DNA of 64,000 nt from Vicugna vicugna (Eukaryota): positions 6,111,741 through 6,175,740 of the forward strand of contig MU058636.1 of the NCBI GenBank assembly GCA_013265495.1, written 5' to 3'. Below the pieces are notes generated by a model that made no database searches, had not been told where the DNA came from, and saw nothing but the letters and a program-made list of their open reading frames with translations. Shown here in pieces: positions 11,266-24,042 of this stretch. The stretch's first letter is position 1. Each line of letters begins with the position of its first letter. A program made the translations under genes and the position numbers.

Positions 11266-14200
11266 GAAAGCATGATAATGCATATGTAGTAAATATTAAC
11301 ATTTTAGTAATCTGGTTGAAAAGCATATGACAGAATTCTTTGTACTAACTTTCCAACTTTTCTATAATTCTGAAATAATATTCAAATAAAAGTTTTTTTA
11401 AATAGGAATTTTTTTCCTCCTTGTTTGTCAATATAACTCAAGCAGCTGGGACAGGGCTTAACATGTATTCAATAAATACTTCGTTAAAGAATAAAAGATT
11501 AATATGAAGCCAAAGGTCAAGATTAGAGAGTCAGGATTAGGGACAGTCTCCATAAAACTGGTACTCAGTGGGAGTCAGTGATCTCTGCACATGAGGGCAA
11601 GGATAGGGAAAGGCTGATTTAGCATTGTTTCCATCACTGATTAGAAAAATGTTTTATGTTACTCTCCATCCTCTCCTCTTCTCCTGCTATAATAAATTGT
11701 GATTGTTATGTTTGTAGATAACTTTAATTGTAGTAATAGTTATGTGCATCAATTAATGTTATTGACCTGCACTTCCCTGAAATTACAGCTTTTTCAACTG
11801 TTTATTAAATGTTGAGGCATTCAAATGACCTTTGTTTGATCTCAGATACAACGTGCGACAGCTCCAGGTTTGAAATAAACTTGGCTCAGGATTTTACTTA
11901 TTCAATGCATGTCATTTAGTATTCTGCCCATCTAAGCATCTTATTTTAGAATCAACCATATGGAATTTTGATGCCAAGGCTTATCTTAATTCTGAACTAT
12001 CTGATAGCATGGTAATTACTACAAAGCCATCAAGTACCACCAAACAATTTGCATCTCCTTAGGGAGTAATTTTCCTACAGGACAAATAGCAGTTGTCAAA
12101 GGACTAAGAATAATTTTGTTTACAAGCACAGATTTAGAAACCACTAAACAAGTATGAACGTGCACTGGAGATGTGACTTTCACTCTTAAGTATCTGACTT
12201 TAAATCATTAAGCATTAAATGCTTGTAATGAAAAAAAAACAAAACAGCGTTTTCTGCTCTTCTGATGAGCAGTAGGAAATTAGACCTCTGTGGTTCTTCT
12301 TGACCTATTAATGGGAATGTATCTTAAGAACTCTTATTTGTTCTCACCAACTTGGTTATAAAAACACTCAAGACTAGAACAAGAACACTTTCTTCCTTGA
12401 ATTAATTCATTTCAGTTCAAACCAATTTGGTAAATATGTATCAGTCTATCACTTCTTTGTGCAAGACTCTATGTATAGAGCCTTAAAAATATTCTTCTTG
12501 CTTTCAAAATATTTTAATTCCCTCGCCACTTCTGGTGCAACTTGAGTCTGAAACACCTACGTGTGCCCCTTTGGACTGCTTATGTTTACTCAACTGCCTG
12601 GTTGCGCTTTTGCAAATGAGACACTTTAGATTAACAAAAATTCAATGTATTGCTTGAAAATCACAGTTTATTCCAGCCTAAACACCAACATTGTTCTTTT
12701 GGACTCTTTAGACATAATTTTTGGTGTAATAAACATTATGAGCTTGTCCATTAATAAGTTACCCTACTGGAAAGAACATGAAAGATTTATCTCTTCAGAG
12801 ACTGTTATGTTGCTGAAACTGCACTTCCATTATAAGTTCTGCCTTAGAATTGCCTTCAAAAATCAAATAAATTAGTATTTAAATTATGCATGGGCATTTT
12901 ATGTTTTGATGTTTCAAATTTTAGAGAGACCTAATGTTCATCAAATTATTAAATAAAAATTAAAAAGTTAGCCTAGGTACCTCCTAGTCATTTAGTTTTT
13001 CAATTGGCCACTTTTCTTTTGGCTTACAACATTAATTAAAACACCCTCACGCTGAGAGGTTTTTCTTTCCCTTGGTGACTTTTCTTGGAATTGATGTGCT
13101 TTGATGTACAGGGGCTATACTGTAGTCATTACAGAAGCAAAGCTGCATTAGATATGTTCATATTCCCCAGAGATTTTCAATAGCTAAACATTACCTGAGC
13201 TTACATGATGATTGTCAACAAGATTGTTACCTAAGACAAAGAACTGCCTTATCATTAGAGTTGATACGGTGTAGTGAGCTGATACTCCACTAACTCATTT
13301 TTTTGCATCAAGCATATCCAATGAAGTGAAAGTACCATATATTATATCTCCAAGACTAGTAATAAATGATCATATGGAATAAGGGTTTGTCAACACAGTA
13401 ACAAATAGAGCTATGCCAGTTATTCAGATAGATGAGCAGTAAATGAATGAGTAATTTAAATATCAAGAATCTGGCAGCTGTCATTTGCCAAAATAAATGA
13501 TCAGAATTATTTATCTCATTAACATATTGTAGGTAATATCTGTAATAAGATTAAGACTGGACTTTAACCAAATCTTCTTAGCAAGTTGGCAAGTCTATCT
13601 GGTTCCATGATTGCTGTGACTGTCAACTGCCCTGGAATCTCCAACAACTGTGAAAATGTCCCCAAAAGAATGAATGTGTCATGCCACCATCCATATTTTT
13701 ACTGTATCGAGGCACAGTTAAGACAAAGGCCAACTTGTTTCCTCACCATCTCTCATTAGCTAATCTGTCAATGAGAAGAGAAATGTTTTCCTCCTGGAAG
13801 TCTCTGGAGCTTTCTGGTACAGGAAGTTGTATGCTTCCATTACCTGATCAACACTTCACTGTTTGATCCCAAATCTTCTTCAGATATTTATTGTATCACC
13901 TTACAATCATTCACCCTAAGGTTTGGGTCCTGCTATTAAAATTGCGATTTGCCAAATCATTAATATTAAGTCAGAAAATACTGATGCAATTTCAATTATC
14001 TGTCAAAACACCTTGAAGAGCAAAACCACATAGGAGTGTGCTGATTCAAAAATTCATATTTTGTCATCCAATTTGAAAAATACTTGTTAGTATATTTGTT
14101 AGGTGAAAAGCATTCTCTCAGAGGTATTATTTTAAGACAATTATGAATTACAAGGATTTTAAATGAAACTAGAAAAGAAGTTAATTAAGTAGCTCCCATG

Positions 14201-14894
14201 GAAACCACCAGAGAAAACATTAAGACGGTCAGCATGAAGTAGTGTAGATAGGACTGGATATAACAAGTTAAAGCTCTACTCTGTGTCATTGAATAAGTCA
14301 CAATTCTTTTTTACCCTCAACTATAAAATACATAGTTTGAATTTGCTTAAAATTCTCTATTTTGATATACTGTATCATTTAAAGGGGTATGGAAATTACT
14401 CAAATGTAAAATTTGTTTTTCTTTCATAGATATTAAAAATGGGTAAAGAAAAAGTGATGGAATAGACAGCTATCTTTTATAAAAAGTGGTGATTATTTTG
14501 TTAGGAAGAAAATATGAGGGCAAAGAGTTAGAAACTGTGGCTACTACTCCATTTAATAAACATAATTCCTCTTTGAATGGACATCAGGTCAGTCTATCAA
14601 ATGCTGGTTAGTCTAGGTGTATAGAAGCACCATCTACAGTGTGAATTTTTTCTGAACTTCTACAAAAGGTTGATACTTCTGCAGTCCTTTAATCTTTTTC
14701 TTTGAGTTCCAAACTGGACAGGAAGAACTTATTCACGTCATTTCTTAAGTGTTGATAGGATGCTGCAGAATAGATTCAGTTATTGTCTTTGCTCAGTGAA
14801 CATCCAAGCTGACTTTAGCTGTAACTTCCCAGAAAGCTGTTTAGTCTGTGGTGTCCTCACTGAAATCTTTCTCAGTAGCTTTTTTATGGAAAGA

Positions 14895-15350
14895 TTCTCC
14901 TTTTCTATTCCTTCTTTGTCTTTCTTTCTTTCTTTGTCTTTCTTTCTTTGTCTTTCTTTCTTTGTCTTTCTTCTTTCCTTCCTTCCTACCTTTCTTCCTT
15001 CCTTCCTTCCTTCCTTCTTTCCTTCTTTCCTTCTTTCCTTCTTTCCTTCTTTCCTTCTTTCCTTCTTTCCTTCTTTCCTTCTTTCCTTCTTTCCTTCTTT
15101 CCTTCTTTCCTTCTTTCCTTCTTTCCTTCTTTCCTTCTTTCCTTCTTTCCTTCTTTCCTTCTTTCCTTCTTTCCTTCTTTCCTTCTTTCCTTCTTTCCTT
15201 CTTTCCTTCTTTCCTTCTTTCCTTCTTTCCTTCTTTCCTTCTTTCCTTCTTTCCTTCTTTCCTTCTTTCCTTCTTTCCTTCTTTCTTTCTTTCTCTCCCT
15301 CTCTTTCTCTCTCTTTCTTCCTTACTTCCTTGCTGCCTTCCTTCTTTTCT
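14895..15350 (+). repeat. Compound polypyrimidine tract with perfect (CCTTCTTT)34 core at 15013-15284
   Basis: 272 nt of uninterrupted 8-mer periodicity, flanked by (CTTT)n, (CCTT)n and (CT)n. Confidence 0.97.
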
Positions 15351-18300
15351 GAATATATGGGAATAAATTATGTTATTGGCTTTACAACTCTCCATAATAG
15401 ATGAAAAAGGAGCGTAAGAAGACTACTCTCTAGTTTCTCTTTTGATTTCATCCCAGGTGGGCACCATGGGCGAGGAGGGGCTTACCTGGTTTGTGCAGGC
15501 TTACCTGGGTTGGGGGGTGCAGCTGCATGGTGGTGCATATCCACACTGTAAGATGTGACCCTGTCTGGAGCAGGCCTTGCTTCAAGGTGACTCCAAGACT
15601 AACAAGAAGGAGAATTTTCCTTCTGCTGAAGTTTAAAGTCAAATTTCCAGATGGCAAAGGGAAGAATTAGGCAAATGAATAATAACAATAAATGTTTATG
15701 GCTGTGCTAATAAAGACACATTCTGTTGGAGTGTACTTTATGTACCAGGAGGGTGGAGCTAAAATTCCAAGAATTCAAGAACAGAAAAAGAACTTCTCTC
15801 TCTTGCTGACTAATATTTGAAGATAAATCTTTTAATTCTGCAACTGGAGCTAAGATACAACTCACGGATACTACTGGGAGGGAAAACATGTGGCTATTGT
15901 AAATTATTCATGCTTGATCCTTTCTTAATGGCAAATTTTGTTAAAAAGAGTGAGATGGCAAGAATATTTGGTTTGGGGACAGATTGACAAAAAAGAAAGA
16001 AGGACTGAAAAATAGTGTCAGAGCTTGAAGAGTTGATGGAAATTCTTTAAAAAATTTAGTCTGTACATAAATTTAGATTTTTACAAATCAAACGTATGTG
16101 ACTTTCCATGCAGCATAACTGCATTACCATTCTAGTGTTTTACTAGGACATGGTTAAGAGAGAGATGATTTATTTGGAATAACCACCTATTAAAAGAGTA
16201 ATGACAATGGCATTGTCCTACTAGTTACTGAGATGTACTCTAAAGCTACCAATTAAAAATTGTTACTGTGAGACTGATTTTAGAATTGACCGAGAAGTGG
16301 AAGTAATTGATAATTTCAAAATGGACCTCAGTATATACAAAAGTGCACTATATGATAAATGAGATATTAGATATCCAGAGGGAAATGATTAGCTTTTATG
16401 TAATCTTGAGGTAATTAATATATGAGAAATAATTTTAGGAAAACTCTTGTTACAAAACATAGGTGAAACATGACAAACATTCTCTCAAATGCACACCCGA
16501 GATCCCAGGAAGGTGAGGGAAAGCCCCAGAGGCTCAGAATAAAAACAAAGCTAACCAATGGAGGCGTAGACAGGAAGTGAAGTCGTAGATTCTGGAAGGT
16601 TAAGAAGCCAGATGATGCTGACACTGAGTATTAAAGATAAGATGAACTTCACCTCAGAGGCCACATTGAATGAATATTCCTAAATGAAGGGATACAATAA
16701 GAAAAGGTTTAGAGATGTGACAGACTGAGAATTACAAATATTCTTGCCTGTCAGGGGCAAAGAAATAGAAGTAGGAGACGAGGCAAGAAAGCAAGGAAAG
16801 TTTGTTTAGGAAGTTTGACCTTTACTTCTGATTGATGGTCTTGAGACAGGCATTAAACTAGATACACAATTTTTTTGGAAAGATTTTTTTCTATACTTGT
16901 CTTTTAAATTTACAATTGCATTTTTATTCCAATAATAGTTGTGTCGAGATTAGATAAGACTAGATAATTCAAGCCCTTCTTTCTTCTGGACCATGTGATT
17001 TTATTCCCTTCAGATGGGATGACCATATGTCCCACTTTTTAAGACTGAATTTCAAATCGTCTATCTTGGGGCTTCTCAGAGTGTTCTTGGACTTGTCAGT
17101 CCATGTGTCTTGATTTTTGTTCCAGAAAATGTAGCCTCTGGGCCTCTGCTCACATCCTTCTCTCCTGTGGGAGAGGGTCTGATGGTTCTTCAGCATTTCC
17201 TGCACGTTCTGTCTGACCTATCAAGGGAGATATCAGATCTGCCACGTGAGTCAGGGAGCCAAAGAACGCCGTGCCTGCCATTCTATTTAATGACAATGAG
17301 AAATTCCAGTAATGAAAGGGGTAAGCAATAGCACAGTCTGTAAACTTGTATTTTTAGCCTATGTACAAGAAGCTCACAACCTTAATTTTCACAGCAACAT
17401 AAATATTATGACTATAATTAACCATGAATATTTGATGAAGTTGGAGAGCATTATCTACACTTGCTTAATATCTCTGGGTGTCATTCTAAATTTTGGATGC
17501 TTTTTAAGTATGGAAATGTTCTCTGTGTGCTGCCAAATTTCTAAACTATTGCCTGGTGGAAAATTACACCTTAGCCAGAACAATAACCCAAGTAAATAGG
17601 TAATAATGGGTATGTATTTTGCACATTAGCTCAACACACAGCATTAAAGTGTCCCAGGACATTAAAGATTGAGTTTTTATAAAGAGAATTAAAATAAGCA
17701 TAATAGCCATGCTTTAGCAAGAGATGGATGCATTTTAGACAAGCACTTTTTTCACATGTGGAAAAGAAAGAAGCCTTGTTAAAATGCCAGGGATTTTGAC
17801 GGGGGAGGGATGGTGGGGCAACTTCGATGAGCACCAATTTGCAGGTGGCATTTGAGTGCTTAAAGGTGATCTAGGGATCCAAACCCGGGTGGTCCACTCT
17901 GTGTCTCAGCCAACTTACAGCCAAAAGGCCTTTTTCAGGACACAAAATGTATGTTTACTGGAACTTTGCTTCTAATTTTGCTTATTCTTCTTCAAAGTGT
18001 GCATTTTCTTTATTTTACAGTAAAACTGTATAAATGGCAGTGAAAAGAAGAGGTTCTCTGACATAACGTATTTTAAAAAGAAAGGCAGCGTGCAGCCAGC
18101 GTGCACCAGAGCAGATTTTCTGAGTCCTCGGAGGCAGTTTCCCCTGTGGTGTTGGTCATTAAATTAGTCTCTTAAGCCTGTTGGATAGGACTTGGCACTT
18201 CCGGAGTCCTTGGCACTGCAGGCTGGCAGGCAGTGTAGACTGTTAGACATGGCGGGTTAAAGAGGGCTGCAGATTATTTGCTATTATTTGCTATTTCTCC

Positions 18301-18884
18301 CATTAAGAGGAGGAGTCTAATGCTCCTCCATCAGAATATGTACTAACCTTTCACTTGCTTGATCCATAAGCACGGAGGCAGCGATCCTGCTAGGTCTGAG
18401 GCTAGCGTTTAAGAGGACTGGCAGCCTCCACCCTGCCTTCTCAGAACCCTGGGCTGCTGCGAAGGAAGACTGATTTTATGTGTCTCTCGGTGAGAAGTGC
18501 AAGCCACATGGAGAGGCCACACGTGGCTGCTCTTGTGGACGGATGAACTCACACCAGCAGCCGGAATCTGCTGCCTGACATGCGAGTACTGCCTCCTGGA
18601 TACCCAGCCTAGTCAGGCGTTCGGATGGCCCAGCCCCGGCCCCCATCAGATAGAAAGGGCGTGAGGGACACCAAGCAAAAACTGCCCGGCTGAGCCCCAT
18701 CTTCTCATAGCACAATAAGAGAGAACAAGAACTGTTAAAACCGTTAATAATCATTTACACGAACTGAGTTGTTTATACCACCGAGTTTCGAGGTCCTTTG
18801 TCATGCAGCCATGGATAACCAGAACAGGAAGGGCAAAGGGAAATGTGAGTCTCATGAATCAGAGAGCTTAAAAAAAGTGTTTGG

Positions 18885-18932
18885 CTCTTTCTTCCCTGCT
18901 TCCCTCCCATCCTCCTTCAGCTTCAGGTGAGT
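18885..18932 (+). other. Candidate recursive splice site or 6-nt microexon
   Basis: About 34-nt pyrimidine-rich tract, AG at 18919-18920, CTTCAG, then GTGAGT at 18927-18932. Confidence 0.3.
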
Positions 18933-19039
18933 CAGAACACTTCTAGCCCCAGTAGGGGCAGAGAAGAAACGCACGTGGAAGAGTAGGCAGCACGGGCCAC
19001 TGACACCCAGTGGTACCGTCAGCGTGTACCGCACGCAGA

Positions 19040-19250
19040 GGGGAAGGTCACGGGCTCTGGAGTCTGGGCTACCTCAGTTCCAAACCCAGCCCAACCCCTA
19101 CCCGCCGTGGGGCCCTGCACAGCTCCATCATCTTTCTGTGCCTCGGTTCCCTCGCGTATACTATGAGGGACAAAATGCATGGGAAGCACTTCAGAGTAAC
19201 AGTGCTCACACCCAGGAAGAGCTCAATAAGTATGAGTTGTTGTTACTGTT
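19040..19250 (+). mobile_element. MIR SINE
   Basis: 'gggctctggagtctgggctacctcagttccaaacccagc...tctgtgcctcggttccctc...gagctcaataagtatgagttgttgttact'. Confidence 0.8.
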
Positions 19251-19574
19251 CCTGTGGCGGTGGTGGTGACGACGGTGATGATGCTAGCACCTCAGCCCTC
19301 CTAATTCACCTTTCCTGTGCCAATTTCTGGCCTTTCTTATGTCACAGTTCTGTCTTTCATGAATCAAGTAACGAATTCCATGTTCACCTGTGGCCTTCTC
19401 TTCAAATTGATTTCATCCGTGTGTGCATTAAGAATTTTTGAATACATCGGTTTGTATAAGAAATTCTAAATACATTATTTCACTAGTTTATGTAGTTGGC
19501 CATTGTTATTTTCTAAAAGTAGATTAAACATCAGAAAAATAAAAATCATGATGAAATTTTGTCGAAACGTAGGC

Positions 19575-20240
19575 ATTTTAACCGACCTCCCCTTAATTAG
19601 TTAATGGGGTTAGTCATCGCTCTCCATGCCGTCAGGGGATGGGACTGACCGATGCTCGTGGCACACCGTGTGCTCAGGGCTTGGGCTGCCTCTGGTCGGC
19701 CTAAGCATTCTGCACACCAAGGCTCAGTTGGTTTGTTCACAAACCCATTTGTGTCAATGTTAATTAGCATTATAATAACCTGATTTAATTAAATATTATT
19801 TCAATTGGCAATATATGAATAGTAAAAGAGTATTGTTTATATGACCAATGAATGGAAATTTTTGAGACGGCAGTACAAGCAAGTTACTAAAATAAATTGA
19901 TGTCCAATGAGGGGAAGGTGAAACAACTGTCAGAAACTGGGAGAATAATCTAGAAGGATTTTGCATTCAGGTTGCATCAGAGGCATTTTTAAGTTCCTGC
20001 TCCATTTTAAGGAACCTGAAACCGGAAGATGTAGGTAGGGCAACATGGACATGGTTTAGGAAGAAAGTGAATTCAGATTCAATGAAAGGCCTTGGCTCTG
20101 TACCAAAAGATGTGTTAAGTAAATGAATGGTTAATGTATAAATGAATGTATCTTCTGGTTATTTTTCCTCATTTTAGTCATTTTTTTTTAAATTAACAGA
20201 CCAATCTCATCTTAATTATGTCTGGATAATGGGCCCTCCG
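19575..20240 (+). mobile_element. Ancient Tigger element (Tigger15a-like) with decayed transposase N-terminal HTH region
   Basis: 'ggtgaaacaactgtcagaaactggg...aatctagaaggattttgcattcaggttgcatca...aaggaacctgaaaccggaa...tggacatggttt...gaaaggccttggctctgtaccaaaagat' follows the GETTV.W / NLEGFC / LW.WF / KALAL pattern. Confidence 0.7.
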
Positions 20241-20242
20241 AT

Positions 20243-20445
20243 GATGTGCTGGTGGATGCTCAACAAGCAGCATTTCTGGGGATGGGAAGGAAGCCCTGAT
20301 TGCTGCGTTTATCTGTTCCTTTGGTGTAAATATTCCCATCATACCTGACTTTAAGCTGTCAACCTGAAGTGAGTCATCTCACAACATTCCTGACAATTTA
20401 ACAGTCGATTCTCCCAAGTTGGTACAAGCTGACTTTAGCACATGC
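20243..20445. mobile_element. MER63-like hAT-Blackjack MITE
   Basis: Inverted ends 'atgtgctgg' and 'ttagcacat'; internal 'ggtgtaaatattcccatcat...tttaagctgtcaac'. Confidence 0.65.
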
Positions 20446-21103
20446 AGTTCAGCAGGAGAAGGATCCATTAGGGTGTATTGAAAGTAGCCCGCGTTGTCTC
20501 AAATGGTCGGAACTGAACTTGTTGACTAGTTGTTCACTGATGAAGGGAAAGAACAAAATCTGAAGCGCATATGTGCAAGTTAAAAATATACTATCAAATA
20601 TCATAAAAATGATAAAGACTAAGACAGAAAGTGTCTACGATCCCAGTGCAGAGACAACTTTCATTGAACTGCTTGGGGATGTTATATTTTTAGTGCTGTA
20701 GGTATGGAAACCTCACTCATAACATGAAAATCTCTCCATTTTCTATTCAACTTTCCTATGTATTTTTAAGAATGAGATATGGACAAAGTAGGAACTAACT
20801 ATAGTTTGTGAAAGATCCCTTGTCTTTGAAGGATTAAATACTACACCCTTGGGTTCTGGCTTAAAAAAAGTACAATGTTCTGATTTAATAGAGTACAGTG
20901 ATCAAGGAAAAGCAAACACGTTTTGCAGAAAGAAAACTGCTCCTATTAGCCTTCTGCTAGTTCACACAGCACATGCTTAAAGGCTGCTTACTGACTTCAC
21001 GGACATTTTGCTTCCACTGATTCTTTCAAAACCATATACATTGTCCGAGCTTCACAGGGGAAATGTCATTAACAAAAAATACTAGCTATGTCATCCTGTG
21101 ACA

Positions 21104-21188
21104 GTGTGTGTGTGGGGTATGTGGTGTGTTTGTGCTTTGGGGGGGTGTGTGTAGTGTGTGGAGGGGTGTGTGTGTGGGGTGTGTGTGT
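21104..21188 (+). repeat. Degenerate (GT)n / G-rich low-complexity tract
   Basis: Read directly. Confidence 0.85.
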
Positions 21189-23869
21189 CTGAGAGGGGAG
21201 AGGCGTGGGAGGGAGAGGAATGCTCCGATGAGGTTGGCTTGTCCCCAGACCCTGCCTCTTGTCCCCCTGCTTTCTTGTCCCCCTGCTCTCTGCTCTCCTG
21301 CCATGTCCATTTCGTGCCGGGAGCCAGGAGCAGGGTAGTGGCCTGGAGTTCAGCAGTCAAGATGGAGAGAACCAGAGCCTCAACATGGCTGTAGCAAAGA
21401 GGATAGATACAGGGAGAGAGCAGAAACAAGGACAAAATGCTTTCCTGTGTTTCCCCACATCTTGGAGAAACGACGACTACTGACTAATAAAAAGTCCCCT
21501 AACAGTACACTTCGCATAATAAAACACAAATCACTGGCTCCATTTTTCTTTCTTTCAGCCTCTGTCAGCAAAACTGTTTGGGTTGAAGGTGCACAGGAGA
21601 AATACTCCAATGGTTTGCCTGCCCTGAGCCTTCTCAGGACTCCCCGGCCGTCTGCCTTTCTGGTGTTTCCCAGAAGGCCAATGATTGCACAATACATCCT
21701 TCCTCAGACTCCAAAGCCAAGCACTGACGATTCCAGCAATCACTCCACATCGCCTTCATCAGCTAGCTTTCTCTGTGCTCTGCACTCGAGGACTCTGAGT
21801 GCCCTCAGATAAACCTCTGCCCCTCGTCTCTCCCGGTTTAAGATGTGTGCTGTGGAGCGGAAGTGTTTTGTTAATGCTTAGCATGACACAAAGCTGTTTC
21901 TGCATCTTCCCATCATACATTTCTCCTGTCTCGAGCTCAGCATCTCTGTGCATGGGGAGAGGTACCACACAAGCACAGATGGAGTGGGAACGGAGGGAGA
22001 TTTCTCTGGGGCTCAAAACTCATTCTGCCATATGCTGCTCTCTCTCCTTCCGAATTCTGTCAGCCACACCAGCCACTGGCTGGCACACAGTGACAGAGAT
22101 GGAGAGGTTTTAATCAGTTGAAAGTCTTCCGTTTCTAGTCATTTCAAGAAGTCCTTTAAGTATAAAAGACAAGTGTCAATTTAAGTTATTTATTTGGGGG
22201 GAAAAAAAAGCCTGTTTCAATCCACTGTAAGTTAATTTTTCCAGGAATTCTGTGTAAGTCCAGAAAAGTAAGCACTTTGAATTAGCCTGTTTCATGTAGC
22301 AGAGAAATGATTTTAAAACCCCGACAGATTAAGATGTAGTTTTATTACCTGTCAGTCTTCCTTTCCTTGAATGTCTCTGTGAGTACTAACATTCTTTATG
22401 CGTCTCTGCGCAACTTAAATTATAGGCTTGCTTATTTTTTATTTTAAACATAAATAAAATTTATTATCACCAGAGCAGTCATGAGTCCCAGATTTTTATA
22501 CTGTCAGACCTGTAGAGAAAGGAATTTTGTCCTTGTACTTTCTGGTAGCTTATCAAAACCATTAATCCTATCTTTGGTCTCTTGTTCTTTCTTTATTTCC
22601 TCCCCACCCCCCGCCCCAGTTTGTGTTAAAATATAATAAAATCGACCAAATTATTTTAACTCGATATCCCTGCCTACTTTAATACTTTCTTCTAGATGAA
22701 TTACATTTTGATGAATTTTAGGGGATTGACTTGTAAGTTTCAAATGGCACCCCACTCCTGTCAAGTTAATATTGTTAAAATGGTGAAGAATTTCTCCAGG
22801 CAAGAGAGACAACTAATAGAAGTCACCCTTACCAGATGTCTTCCTTCAGCTTGGGGACCATTAAGTGAGTTTACTCCTACAATCATAGAAATAACCGTTT
22901 GGACCAAAAGTAGTGACTCGTCCCATTGAGTAAAAGTGGCCCCAAGAGGTGTTTTGTGGGAAGAGGCAGTGATTCTTCGCAACGTCTGCTCTAAGAGATT
23001 AGTGAGGCATCCCAGATAATCTTCCTTTACAGGATCTAAAAAAATGACCTGAAGCTTAGACTTTGGCAAAAGAAATCACTGGATGCGCTTTCTGGGCTTG
23101 GTTTTCTATTGAGCAGGCTGTTTTACAGCTCACGGGGACAAGATCCACTGGTGGACTTTTGTCCAGGAAAAGTGCAAATAGTCCCTGTGCAGTGGGCCAG
23201 ACACCCCCCCAAACCGCGGCTGACGGTTCCCAAGTCATTAGCTGGCTTTCTGTCTAACCAGCACTGACCTCTTCCTATCAATTCTAGCTTCTCCAGTGCT
23301 CCTCAGACTGGGCTTACCAAGGTAATTTCCTTATTTCCCTCCTTAATAAGTTACATAAAATATTTGACACATCTTTATTTTACGTCAAAATGAGAGTCAC
23401 AATTTTAATTTTTGAAATTCATACCTTCATAATTACTTCATCCCATTATGGCTTCAATAACCACCCGTTTATGTGAGCACTCTCCAAACTTACTTACATT
23501 TCCTTTCTGGTCTGTTTCCTAAATTTGTGTTTTATTTCTGTGTGAACTCTGTGTATCTGTTTATCTCTGTATTATCTCCCTAAAGTTTAAAGGAATGCTT
23601 CGAAATTCTGTTTTTCTGACACTGTGCTATCAAATCCATATCACACGCCATACCAGACCCAATCTTTAATGTCAGAAAAGTCCTAAATGTTTTTAGCTTG
23701 GTACTTTTAGGAAATACCTTTTAATTTGAATTGCTTTACTCCAGGCCTTTGCTAGCTTTGATATGTGTTTGTGGAAGTTAGGTGAAGAGAACTTTTTTCC
23801 TGGCCGTGGCCAAGAGCAAAAATTGTCAGAGAGGAAAAGAGTGGAAGGATTTTCCTGCTGTGCTCGGTA

Positions 23870-24042
23870 CTTTGACATACTTACCGTGGCCTACTCTTCC
23901 CAGCACCCTGGTGAATTCTATATGTGGTCACCATTCATAGATGAAGTCATTGAGACGCTAGCCTGTACATCTGGTGAGCAGTAGACCCTAAATCCAGTCC
24001 TAATTCTATCCAAAGCCCATGCACTTTCTGTGATTTGATACC
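23870..24042 (-). mobile_element. MIR SINE
   Basis: 'ccattcatagatgaagtcattgagac...aaatccagtcctaattctatccaaagcccatgcacttt'. Confidence 0.6.

Larger units (their letters stand above)
10160..11400 (+). mobile_element. L1MC4-like 3' end, interrupted by a Tigger element
   Basis: 'tctttaaaaatgtaaatgtcatgaaaga...ctgttctagattaaagga' and terminal 'gaattctttgtactaactttccaacttttctataattctgaaataatattcaaataaaag'. Confidence 0.7.

Noticed and set aside
14760..15404. Longest ORFs (214, 184, 172 and 134 aa)
   Set aside because: Stop-free translations of the CCTTCTTT array; no coding evidence
22681..22738. 37-nt candidate exon (ttcttctag|ATG...CTT|gtaagt)
   Set aside because: Not frame-preserving, weak exonic donor bases, no partner exon; such pairs are expected by chance
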